Origin: Ruminococcus sp.
GTDB lineage: Bacteria > Bacillota > Clostridia > Oscillospirales > Ruminococcaceae
Reading direction: 5' to 3'
NCBI GenBank assembly: GCA_017525915.1
Contig: JAFXSC010000014.1
Span: 12,075-76,074 of the forward strand
DNA length: 64,000 nucleotides
The number at the start of each line of letters is the position of its first letter. Positions within the stretch are counted from its first letter, which is position 1. Shown in pieces: positions 27,183 to 36,900 of the stretch. The position numbers and the translations under genes are program-made. Under the pieces are notes generated by a model that was given only the letters and a program-made list of their open reading frames with translations, did no database searches and was not told the DNA's origin.

Positions 27183-30068
27183 ATGCTTAACAGAAGAATT
27201 CTTGCCGCTTTGACTGCACTTTCAATGCTCACCGGCTTTGCCGGATGCGGCGACAGCAATGAAGACGATAACGACGATATCATTTCCGGACTGACTGCCG
27301 GGATTGACATGACCGTTCCCGACCCTGACTCCGGGGTGGGTCTTATCTATTATTCGCCTCCGGAGGCTGAACACATCGCACCTCTTGACGGTGATTCCTC
27401 TGCAATGTATATCGACAATGAAGTCCTGCTCGTGGCTGAGGACGGCGTGAGCCGGGACGATATCGCGCAGCTTGCCGAAAAGTACGGTGCAAGCATCGTC
27501 GGCGAGATAGAGGTCAGCGGAGATTACCAGCTCAGGTTCGGCGAAGCCAAGCCGCTCGGTGAGCTTGAGGGCATTATTGACGATATTCAGGACGAGGACA
27601 TTGTTTACTCCGCAGAGCTTGACTACGCTCTCCCCTTTACCGCAAGCTTCTCAGGTGAGGAAGTCAGCACGGCATGGGAAGAAAACTCTGACAGCATCGC
27701 ATGGGGCTACCGCACGATAAAGGCTCCCGAAGCACAGGCAGAGCTGCATAAAACGCCCTACACCTACGACCCTGTCCGCGTCGGACTTATAGACGCCGGC
27801 TTCGACAAGGATCACGAGGACCTCGGCTTCGTTGAGACCTTCTATGACAACGGAATGAACGGCGTCAACATTGCTGTAAAGGACAAGGATCACGGTACGC
27901 ACGTTGCCGGCACTATGGCTGCTACCTCCGGAAACGGCATCGGCATCGAGGGCGTATATCCCTGCGGAGACGGCAATCTCTACGGCGTTTCCGACTGGGG
28001 AATATGCAAATACACTGAGAATGACCCGGACCACAATACATTCGATACAGCAATAGAATGGAAGATATCCACCGCGGAACTTATTGTCCGCAACGTCAAG
28101 GTCATAAATGTCAGCATGGGTATAGATCATGACGATGGCATAAAGAAATTCAAGAAAAACGGCTACTGGGACTACAACGGACTTGTTAACTGGTGGAACG
28201 ACCCTGCCAGCCACTCCAGATACATATGGGCAGCAAAAAGTCTCGGCGACTTCCTTGACAGAATGCTCAAAAAGGGCTATGATTTCGTTATCGTCAACTC
28301 CGGCGGCAATGATTCTATGGTGGGCACAGGGCATCTTGAAGCCAAGTACAACTCCCGCCTTTCCCTCATAGAAAAAAACGACTACCCCGACGTCTACGAC
28401 CGCATCATAGTTGTCGGCGCACTGGACACAGACCTCAGCATCGCCAGATTCTCCAACGGCGGAGAGCGCACGGATATCTATGCCCCCGGCTGCCGGATAT
28501 TTTCAACAGTTCCCGGTGACGAGTATGAGAACACCTACATCGGAGATGACGGAGATCAGTATAACTGGTCGGGAACATCAATGGCTTCTCCGCACGTTGC
28601 CGGTGCTGCGGCTATGGTATGGACAGCCAACAGTAAACTCACAGGCGCGGAGGTCAAGGATATAATACGCAGCACTGCCGCTCCACTTTCCAAAGGGTGC
28701 ATGATGCTCGACGCATACGCGGCTGTTAAAAAGGCACATTCCACCAACGGCAGCGGCAACGGAACAGAGCCGGAAATGGGCAGCGTGCTCGGATTTATCG
28801 TTGACAAGGACAACGAGAATATAAGACTCAACGTCGCTAAGGCAACTATCACCAACGTTAATACCGGCGAGGAATACTCCTGCGAGACAGACGGTGACGG
28901 CCATTTCGAGATAACCGCTCCCGAAGGCGACTACCGCCTCAGCGCAAAGGCGGTCGGCTACAAGCCTTACAGCTGGAGCAGGAATGGGACCGATACCTTC
29001 CACGTCAGCAGCGAAGAGGTACTTTACTTCGACTGGATAAAGATGACCAGTGAACGCTCTGCCGCCGACCAGCTCAACTGGGTGGTAAAGCCTGAGATAG
29101 AAGCTGATGATATACTCGTCGGCGACCGTTACCTCTCAGGAAGCCTTAGCTCCAACGTAAAGGTACATACCTCGCCCTATGTCTACATCGAACGCGACGG
29201 TAAGTACGGTCTTATCGACTACAACGGAAATATCGCCGTTGAGCCGGAATATGACTCCTTCAACGGCAATCAGTTCTACGGCATGGACGAATTCGTCTGC
29301 GTATACGACGCAGAGACCGGCTACTCTGTCTTCTCGGAGCGAAAGAGTACCGACAAGAATTCAAAGTGGGAGATAGTCAGCCGCGAAAAGGCTTTCGGTC
29401 AGCCGGGCATCGGCACATGGACGCAAACCTACTTCATTGACGAAAACGACGGCGAATTCTATATGTACAACTCGCTGGACGAAAAGCCCAAAGCAGAATA
29501 CGGCGGCGTGGACGCTTCATACATCGTGCAGAAGATAAACTACGACAAGGCTGATTACGGTCTTGGCAATTCATCAGCAACGGACGAGCGCTTCTACCTC
29601 TACAACGATTCCATTGAGAAGTTCATGACTGAAGGCTATAAGTACGTCTATGCTAACGCCGGCGGCACCTGCGAATATGCAATAAATATCCCTGTTTCTT
29701 ACGGAACTGCCGCCTTCTCCAACGACGGCAAACACTGGGATATCTATGATTATACCGGCAACCTCATAGCATCTGATCTTGAACCATTCGACTGCAACAT
29801 CGACATGAGCCCGTGGTGGGCGCCTGTAACTTCAATGTTCAGCGATGCCGACAAGTACAGCTCCGCAAAGAATACCCACGGCAAGGCTGTTCCGTTCTGC
29901 TCGACAGGCGGCTATATAGCGGCAAAGAAAGACGGAAAATGCGGCTACATCGACATGAACGGAGAGACTGTCATAGACTTCGGCATACTCGAAGATATCC
30001 GTCCCGTAAAAGACGGAAAGGCATGGGTAAAGTACCGCGGAAAATGGGGAGTTATTTCCTTTAAATGA
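27183..30068 (+). CDS. lipoprotein subtilase (S8) with a carboxypeptidase-regulatory-like domain and WG repeats
   Basis: Lipobox FAGC; catalytic triad LIDAG, HGTHVAG and GTSMASPHVAG; C-terminal KYGLIDYNG, KCGYIDMNG and KWGVI repeats. Confidence 0.88.
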   Translation: MLNRRILAALTALSMLTGFAGCGDSNEDDNDDIISGLTAGIDMTVPDPDSGVGLIYYSPPEAEHIAPLDGDSSAMYIDNEVLLVAEDGVSRDDIAQLAEKYGASIVGEIEVSGDYQLRFGEAKPLGELEGIIDDIQDEDIVYSAELDYALPFTASFSGEEVSTAWEENSDSIAWGYRTIKAPEAQAELHKTPYTYDPVRVGLIDAGFDKDHEDLGFVETFYDNGMNGVNIAVKDKDHGTHVAGTMAATSGNGIGIEGVYPCGDGNLYGVSDWGICKYTENDPDHNTFDTAIEWKISTAELIVRNVKVINVSMGIDHDDGIKKFKKNGYWDYNGLVNWWNDPASHSRYIWAAKSLGDFLDRMLKKGYDFVIVNSGGNDSMVGTGHLEAKYNSRLSLIEKNDYPDVYDRIIVVGALDTDLSIARFSNGGERTDIYAPGCRIFSTVPGDEYENTYIGDDGDQYNWSGTSMASPHVAGAAAMVWTANSKLTGAEVKDIIRSTAAPLSKGCMMLDAYAAVKKAHSTNGSGNGTEPEMGSVLGFIVDKDNENIRLNVAKATITNVNTGEEYSCETDGDGHFEITAPEGDYRLSAKAVGYKPYSWSRNGTDTFHVSSEEVLYFDWIKMTSERSAADQLNWVVKPEIEADDILVGDRYLSGSLSSNVKVHTSPYVYIERDGKYGLIDYNGNIAVEPEYDSFNGNQFYGMDEFVCVYDAETGYSVFSERKSTDKNSKWEIVSREKAFGQPGIGTWTQTYFIDENDGEFYMYNSLDEKPKAEYGGVDASYIVQKINYDKADYGLGNSSATDERFYLYNDSIEKFMTEGYKYVYANAGGTCEYAINIPVSYGTAAFSNDGKHWDIYDYTGNLIASDLEPFDCNIDMSPWWAPVTSMFSDADKYSSAKNTHGKAVPFCSTGGYIAAKKDGKCGYIDMNGETVIDFGILEDIRPVKDGKAWVKYRGKWGVISFK

Positions 30069-30114
30069 ACGGACACAGTCCCTGCACGCAGCATCATAAA
30101 CAAGGAGAGATACA

Positions 30115-31908
30115 GTGATATTACTAACTGCTCAGAACATTTCCAAAACATACATGGAACGGAAGATACTCGACAGCGTTTCTTTCTACCTCAACGAGGG
30201 CGATAAGGTTGGTATCATAGGCATAAACGGCACAGGAAAATCTACCTTCCTGAAAATACTTGCCGGTGCGGAGGAAGCCGACAGCGGCGAGACCATAAGA
30301 ACTAACGGCATCAAGCTCTCATATCTGCCTCAGATACCGGTGTTCGGGAACAGCGGCAGCGTGCTCTCGCAGGTCATGATGAATCTCCCGACGGACCTCC
30401 GTCAGGCTAAGGAATACGAAGCACGCTCAATGCTCGAAAAGCTCGGTATATCCGATCAGGAGCGCGATATCAGTACGCTCTCCGGAGGTGAGAAAAGACG
30501 TGCAGGCATCGCGGCCGCACTTATCCAGCCCAGCGATGTGCTGCTTCTCGATGAGCCAACAAACCATATCGACAACGAGACCGCTCAGCTCCTTGAAAGC
30601 CTGCTTATGAAATACCGTGGCGCAATCGTAATGGTCACGCACGACAGGTACTTCCTCGGGAAGATATGCAACAAGATCGCTGAGATCGACCGCGGCAGGC
30701 TCTTTGTCTGCGACGGCGGCTACAATGAATACGTCATGCAGAAGGCTCAGCGCGAAGCGGACGCCGAGGCTGCCGAGCGACGGAATCGCTCGATTTACCG
30801 CAGAGAGCTCGAATGGATAAGCCGCGGAGCAAGGGCACGCGGTACCAAATCCAAGGACAGGATAGAACGATTCGAGGCACTGAAAAACCGCGAGATACCC
30901 GTCGCCGCGGACAAGCTCCAGCTCCAGTCGGTCTCGTCAAGGCTCGGGAAAAAGACTATCGAGCTCATGAACGTCAGCAAGCAGATAGACGGAAAACCGC
31001 TCATCACCGACTTCTCCTACATCATCTCCCGTGACGCAAGAATAGGAATAGTCGGCAGGAACGGTGAGGGAAAGAGCACCTTCCTTAAAATGCTCGCCGG
31101 TGAGCTCGCTCCGGACAGCGGCAGCATAGTCATCGGAGACACAGTAAATATCGGCTATTTTTCGCAGGAATGTGAATACATGGACCCCTCCGCAAGAGTG
31201 ATAGACTATATCCGTGAGACCGCCGACATCGTAAAGACACCGGACGGTACTGTTACTGCCTCGCAGATGCTCGAACGCTTCCTGTTCACGCCGGAGCTCC
31301 AGTGGAGCAGTATAGAAAAGCTTTCCGGCGGCGAGCGCAAGAGACTTTACCTCCTCAAAATACTCATGACAGCACCGAATATCCTCCTTCTCGATGAGCC
31401 GACCAATGACCTCGACATTGCTACGCTCACTATTCTTGAAGACTATCTTGAAAGCTTCAGCGGTGCGGTCATTGCGGTCTCGCACGACCGTTACTTCCTC
31501 GACAAGACCGCGGACGAGATATTCGAGTTCCGCGGCGGCGTATGCACAAGGTATAACGGGAACTACTCTGATTATGCCGAAAAATCGGCAGCCGAGCAGT
31601 CTCCCTCCTCCCCTGCTCCCAAGAAAAAAGCCGAAAAGAAGGAGCGTCCGGCAAATTGCAGGACAAAGCTCCGGTTCTCGTTCAAGGAACAGCGCGAGTA
31701 CGAAACTATCGACGATGATATCGCTGCACTCGAGCAGCAGATAGCCGATGCCGAAAAGGAGATAGCCGCAAATTTCTCGGACTATGTAAAGCTTCAGGAG
31801 CTTTCCGACCGTAAGGACGCTCTTGAACTGGAGCTTTCTGAAAAGATGGAGCGCTGGGTCTATCTCAATGACCTTGCGGAGAGGATAGAACGCGGAGAAA
31901 CGATATAA
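30115..31908 (+). CDS. ABC-F family ATPase (Uup-like)
   Basis: Two NBDs (GINGTGKST/LSGGE/LDEPTNH and GRNGEGKST/LSGGE/LDEPTND), no TM, C-terminal coiled coil; GTG start with AAGGAG. Confidence 0.92.
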   Translation: MILLTAQNISKTYMERKILDSVSFYLNEGDKVGIIGINGTGKSTFLKILAGAEEADSGETIRTNGIKLSYLPQIPVFGNSGSVLSQVMMNLPTDLRQAKEYEARSMLEKLGISDQERDISTLSGGEKRRAGIAAALIQPSDVLLLDEPTNHIDNETAQLLESLLMKYRGAIVMVTHDRYFLGKICNKIAEIDRGRLFVCDGGYNEYVMQKAQREADAEAAERRNRSIYRRELEWISRGARARGTKSKDRIERFEALKNREIPVAADKLQLQSVSSRLGKKTIELMNVSKQIDGKPLITDFSYIISRDARIGIVGRNGEGKSTFLKMLAGELAPDSGSIVIGDTVNIGYFSQECEYMDPSARVIDYIRETADIVKTPDGTVTASQMLERFLFTPELQWSSIEKLSGGERKRLYLLKILMTAPNILLLDEPTNDLDIATLTILEDYLESFSGAVIAVSHDRYFLDKTADEIFEFRGGVCTRYNGNYSDYAEKSAAEQSPSSPAPKKKAEKKERPANCRTKLRFSFKEQREYETIDDDIAALEQQIADAEKEIAANFSDYVKLQELSDRKDALELELSEKMERWVYLNDLAERIERGETI

Positions 31909-32102
31909 GTCAAAGAGGCACCGGTCATTCCGTGCCCTTTTCTTGTCAATTCAGCACAATAATATTTTAACAGTGAAAATAATTTTTTTGCATATGCAAA
32001 ATGTGGGTTGAAAGTTCACAAAAAATATGTTATACTGATGCTAATAAGTCAATAAACTTATACAGTTTGCAAAAAATACATTTTAAGGGAGGATATTAAA
32101 AA

Positions 32103-34274
32103 ATGAAAATGTTCGGCAAACTAAAAGCGTCTTTGGCGGGAACTATCGCCGGCGCGATGATGATATCATCTGCGCCGTTTGTTCCGACGGCAACACAGGA
32201 AGCTGCAGCCGCAGGTGCATGTACTATCAACACCAACAAGCTTTATCAGTGCATCGACGGATTTGGCGGTATCAATCACCCCGAGTGGTACGGCGACCTT
32301 ACTGATGCAGACCGAAAGCTCGCTTTCGGAAACGATGAAGGACAACTCGGCTGTACTATCCTTCGTGTCTTCGTAAATCCCGATAAGAACCAGTGGAACA
32401 AGGCTCTGCCTACTGCTCAGTATGCTGCAAAGAACGGTATCACGGTCTTCGCTTCACCTTGGGAACCGCCGTCGAATCTTTGCGAATCCGGCGGAAGCAA
32501 TGGTAAGCTCCACCTTAAGAAGGCGAATTACGCCGCTTATGCCGATCACCTTAACAGCTTCGGTGAATATATGAAGCAGAATGGCGTTGATCTCTATTGC
32601 GTTTCAGTTCAGAATGAGCCCGACTACGCTAAGGAGTGGACATACTGGTCACCTGATGAGACTACTGACTTCATCGCTAACTACGGTGACAGGATCACAA
32701 GTACAAGACTTATGTCGCCTGAGACCTTCCAGTACGGCGCTTGGGGCAACGGCAGGGACTACTACACAAAGATACTTAATAACGCAAAGGCTTATGAAAA
32801 CTGTGACCTGTTCGGAACTCACTTCTACGGCACCCCCAGAAGCAAGATGGACTTCCCGCAGCTTGAAAACTGCGGCAAGAAGCTCTGGATGACTGAAGTT
32901 TATGTTCCGGACAGCAAGGTCGATGCTAACAAGTGGCCTGACAACCTCGAACAGGCAGTCAATATCCACGATGCACTCGTTGTCGGCGGTATGCAGGCTT
33001 ACGTTGTATGGCCTCTCCGTCGTAATTACAGTATCATCTATGAGGACACACACGCCGTTTCAAAGCGCGGATATATTTTCGCTCAGTTCTCTAAGTACGT
33101 TCGTCCCGGCGACTACCGCATCGATGCTACTGAGTCTCCCAATAACGATATTTTCATTTCTGCATATAAGCACAGCGCTACTCAGATCCAGATCGTTGCG
33201 ATCAACAAGGGCAATTCAGAGATCAATCAGGCATTCGATGTAAGCGGCAGAACTATCACTAACGTTGACCGTTACAGAACTTCCGGAAGCGAAAACCACG
33301 CTGCTACGAAGAATATGAACGCAAGCGGTTCCAGCTTCAATGCACAGCTCCCTGCACAGAGCGTTTCCACTTTCATCGTAACTCTTGAAAGCGACGGCAA
33401 GGACCTTCCTCCCTACACTGACGGCCCTGTTCAGAGAGATCCCATTTCTCCCGATGAAAACGGATACTACTACCACGATACATTTGAAAGCGGCACAGAT
33501 GACTGGGAAGCACGCGGAGGTTCAACAGTTTCCACAACAGATGCTTCTCACTATGCCGGTCATAAGTCTCTCCTCGTATCAAACCGTGAGAAGGCCTGGC
33601 ACGGTGCTCAGAAAACACTCGATTCACTGACATTCAAGAGCGGCGAGACTTACAGCTTCAGCGTTATCGCAACGACCGGCGGTGAAAATGCAAACCTCAT
33701 GCTCTCACTCGAATACAAGGACGCTTCCGGTACTACAAAGTACGACCACATCGCTTCTGCAAAGACCACAAACGGCAGATACGTTCAACTTGCAAATCCG
33801 AGCTTCACACTTCCCGAGGGTTCGGGATACATCCTCTACGTTGAGACAGAGGAAGGCACAATGGACACCTTCAGCATCGACGAGGCTATCGTTGCTGTAA
33901 AGGGCACAAAGATCGACGGACCTGCCGAGGTCATCACCACTACATCTACCACAACAACTACTACGACCACAACGACAACAACTACTACCACTACTACTTC
34001 AACCACCACAACAACAACTACTTCAACTACCTCCACAACATCTACAACAACACCCACCAATCCCGAGGTCATAACTCTCGGCGATGCAAACTGCGACAGT
34101 CAGGTGAATATGGCAGACGCAGTATTTATCATGCAGACCATAAGCAATCCTGATAAGTACAAGCTCTCACCTCTCGGTGAAAAGAATGCCGACGTTGACC
34201 ACAGCAATGACATAACCAATATGGACGCTCTCCAGATACAGAAATTCAAGCTCGGACTCGTCTCCGGCTTCTGA
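32103..34274 (+). CDS. GH30 (XynC/GH30_8-like) xylanase - CBM22-like - Thr linker - dockerin
   Basis: Signal peptide; YQCIDGFGG, SVQNEPDY (acid/base) and LWMTEVY (nucleophile) motifs; YHDTFESGTDDWEARG CBM; dockerin GDANCDSQVNMADAV. Confidence 0.9.
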   Translation: MKMFGKLKASLAGTIAGAMMISSAPFVPTATQEAAAAGACTINTNKLYQCIDGFGGINHPEWYGDLTDADRKLAFGNDEGQLGCTILRVFVNPDKNQWNKALPTAQYAAKNGITVFASPWEPPSNLCESGGSNGKLHLKKANYAAYADHLNSFGEYMKQNGVDLYCVSVQNEPDYAKEWTYWSPDETTDFIANYGDRITSTRLMSPETFQYGAWGNGRDYYTKILNNAKAYENCDLFGTHFYGTPRSKMDFPQLENCGKKLWMTEVYVPDSKVDANKWPDNLEQAVNIHDALVVGGMQAYVVWPLRRNYSIIYEDTHAVSKRGYIFAQFSKYVRPGDYRIDATESPNNDIFISAYKHSATQIQIVAINKGNSEINQAFDVSGRTITNVDRYRTSGSENHAATKNMNASGSSFNAQLPAQSVSTFIVTLESDGKDLPPYTDGPVQRDPISPDENGYYYHDTFESGTDDWEARGGSTVSTTDASHYAGHKSLLVSNREKAWHGAQKTLDSLTFKSGETYSFSVIATTGGENANLMLSLEYKDASGTTKYDHIASAKTTNGRYVQLANPSFTLPEGSGYILYVETEEGTMDTFSIDEAIVAVKGTKIDGPAEVITTTSTTTTTTTTTTTTTTTTTSTTTTTTTSTTSTTSTTTPTNPEVITLGDANCDSQVNMADAVFIMQTISNPDKYKLSPLGEKNADVDHSNDITNMDALQIQKFKLGLVSGF
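33936..34058 (+). repeat. ACN-codon low-complexity tract encoding a poly-Thr linker
   Basis: About 40 Thr/Ser codons with mixed third positions, lying between CBM and dockerin. Confidence 0.9.
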
Positions 34275-34297
34275 CAAAATCACCTCCTTATAAAGAT

Positions 34298-34362
34298 GAT
34301 GCCCTCAGAAATGAGGGCATTTATCATGCAAAAAAACAGGGCGCACATCGTGCGTCCTGTTT
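34298..34362. terminator. paired terminators between convergent genes
   Basis: gatgccctc-agaaat-gagggcatt hairpin and aaacagggcgcac-atc-gtgcgtcctgttt hairpin. Confidence 0.75.
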
Positions 34363-34364
34363 AA

Positions 34365-36638
34365 TTATCCGTTCTTTTTGAGATATTCCTCAAATTCCTC
34401 AACAGGTATCGGCTGGGAGAAGTAATACCCCTGAAACATATTGCAGTTCATTTCCGAGAGCATACGGAACTGTGCCTCGGTCTCAACGCCCTCGGTGAGC
34501 GACATGATGTCCAGATCGTTCGAGAGCCTGATTATGTTCCGGATTATCTTCTGCGAACGTACCTCGTCCTCGGTCGAACTGAGGAACTTCATATCTATCT
34601 TCAGCACGTCAACAGGCATATCCTTCAGCATATTCAGCGATGAATAGCCGCTTCCGAAGTCGTCCATCTCAACTATGAAGCCTGCCGCCCTGAGGTCGCT
34701 AAGCACCTTCATACGGTCCTCGGCATCGTTCATCACGACGGTCTCGGTTATCTCTATCCTCAGCTTCGCCGGGTCAACGCCGTACTCACTGACGAGCGCA
34801 TTAAGTTCGGAGCGGACATCTATGATGTAGAAGTCCTTCGGCGATATGTTTACGGAAATGAACTTATCTATGCCGCTCGCCTTCCACCTTGCCAGTATCT
34901 CGCAGGCACAGCGCCACATATACCTGTCCACCTCGACGATCATGCCGTTCTTTTCAAAAACAGGTATGAATTTTCCCGGCGGCATGAAGCCGTCCACGGG
35001 ATTTATCCACCTTACAAGCGCCTCCGCACCAACCACTCTGCCGGAGGTATCAACTATCGGCTGGAGATACGGACAGAGCTGCCTTTCACTAATAGCCTCG
35101 ACCAGCTGTGCAGAAATGTGCTGGTCCCAGAGCATCTTCCGGCGGAGCTCCTCATTGTAGAATGCCACATGGGTCTTGTATTCGTCAACTATGGTCGAGA
35201 GCGAGAGCTGGGCACGGTCGAACATGACCTGAACGTCACTGTCCTCATCAGTCACCTTGTACACGCCGAGATGAATGAGCAGATGATAATCGAAATTGCC
35301 GTCAGAAACGACAAACTGCGAGAGCATATTATCTATCTCTTTTACGCTGTAATCGCTCCGCGGGATAAGGATACCGAAATTTACGCCCGCAAGCCTGCCG
35401 TAGAGACATTTGCCGTTTGCATTGGCGCGTATCCAGTCAGCCACTTCTTTGAGAGCGTAGTCGCCGAAAGACTTGCCGAAAAGGTCGTTGACTATCTTGA
35501 AATTCTTTATCTCCAGAAAGACAAGCGAATATTTCTCCGACACATTGCTTGCAAGTCTTTCACTTATGCGCTCATAGAGGTATTCACAGGTGTAGAGTCC
35601 CGTGAGGCTGTCGTGGATAGCGTTGTAGATATCACGCTTCATTCTGAGCTGTTCCTCGGTGGTGTCGCGTATGCTGAGCACATAGCCGGTAAGAACGTCG
35701 CTTTCGTCCCTTACGACACGGGTCTCGATATTGTAATAGAAGGTATTGCCGTCAGCAACGATTATCCTGTTCTGCTTGTAGGTATTGTCGCTGTCCAGGC
35801 TGCCGAAGGTCTCACGCAGGCGTTCGTTCACAAGTTCAAATTCCTGTATGTCAACACCTGTGACCCTGATGCCCTCCTCGTTTGCCCAGAGGCATTTCTT
35901 ATTGGGGTCGAATACAAAGAGAGCTTCCGGCATATCAGAAACTATATCCGTAAGCATACTGTCAAGCAGCCTGTGCGGACGGTATATCAGCGAGAAGTAG
36001 AAGATACAAATTCCGAAGAAGCCGTAACCTATCATGGATGTGTTGACAGGTATTCTCGCAACGACATAGAAGGTCTGCCACAATGCAACGATAAGCATGG
36101 TCACAAGTATAATCGCATAGCGCCCCCTGTAAACCCTTGGCATCTTTACCGTCATTACTGCGAATATCGCAATGATACACGCCAGCACAGCATAGACGAG
36201 TATGCGGTGGAGCGTAAGTCCGAGCCGCGGCGTGAAGTTATAGTAATCCAGACCGCTTACTTCAAGTTTTTCGAGCGCGAAGACGTGACCGGCAAAGTAG
36301 TTTATCATTATCTGGATAACGTCAGCAGCGAACAGCACATAGAGGAACTTCGGCTCCTTATGCTTCACCTCGCCTGTGCGGCAGTACACCTTTGCAAAAT
36401 ACATAAGCGCAACGATAAGGAAATCGACGCCCATGAAGTATAGGTAATACCCCAGCTTTGCGTAAGGCTTGGTCTCAGAAATGATAATGATAAAATTGCC
36501 GATGACAGGTATCAGAAGCGATGCACAAAGCATCATTACAGCATTGCTTATTCTTTGTTTTGAGCGTTTTGCAGATATAACGCAGACAGTCAGCGCACAT
36601 ATCAGAATTATATATATTACTGAAATATTATTTCTCAT
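34365..36638 (-). CDS. 7TM sensor - degenerate GGDEF - EAL phosphodiesterase (paralogue of 1748..4015)
   Basis: Same architecture and visibly shared motifs (YRPHRLLDSML vs YRPMKLLDRML); AGVNF in place of GGDEF; EAL, DDFGSGYSSL and EGVET intact. Confidence 0.9.
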   Translation of the reverse strand: MRNNISVIYIILICALTVCVISAKRSKQRISNAVMMLCASLLIPVIGNFIIIISETKPYAKLGYYLYFMGVDFLIVALMYFAKVYCRTGEVKHKEPKFLYVLFAADVIQIMINYFAGHVFALEKLEVSGLDYYNFTPRLGLTLHRILVYAVLACIIAIFAVMTVKMPRVYRGRYAIILVTMLIVALWQTFYVVARIPVNTSMIGYGFFGICIFYFSLIYRPHRLLDSMLTDIVSDMPEALFVFDPNKKCLWANEEGIRVTGVDIQEFELVNERLRETFGSLDSDNTYKQNRIIVADGNTFYYNIETRVVRDESDVLTGYVLSIRDTTEEQLRMKRDIYNAIHDSLTGLYTCEYLYERISERLASNVSEKYSLVFLEIKNFKIVNDLFGKSFGDYALKEVADWIRANANGKCLYGRLAGVNFGILIPRSDYSVKEIDNMLSQFVVSDGNFDYHLLIHLGVYKVTDEDSDVQVMFDRAQLSLSTIVDEYKTHVAFYNEELRRKMLWDQHISAQLVEAISERQLCPYLQPIVDTSGRVVGAEALVRWINPVDGFMPPGKFIPVFEKNGMIVEVDRYMWRCACEILARWKASGIDKFISVNISPKDFYIIDVRSELNALVSEYGVDPAKLRIEITETVVMNDAEDRMKVLSDLRAAGFIVEMDDFGSGYSSLNMLKDMPVDVLKIDMKFLSSTEDEVRSQKIIRNIIRLSNDLDIMSLTEGVETEAQFRMLSEMNCNMFQGYYFSQPIPVEEFEEYLKKNG

Positions 36639-36900
36639 TCATATCACCCCTGTCAAAAAACAACGAAGGTCCAACAATGACAAACAGTGCCTATATGTGA
36701 TATTATACAACAAATATCAGCTTTTGTCAATAGAAATAGCAAAGACGATACAAAGGCTATCACAAATATTTGAGAAAATGTTAACTTTTTTCGTTTTACT
36801 TGCAATATTCCTGTGTATATGGTATAATTTCAGTAGTGATTTATGTCCGTTCAGGATTTTTATTTATTTATATATCCGCTGAAAGGAAAGGATCATCTTT

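Noticed and set aside
33936-34058. ACN-rich tract as a VNTR or phase-variation site
   Set aside because: Third positions are mixed, and it is an ordinary Thr linker of a cellulosomal enzyme.
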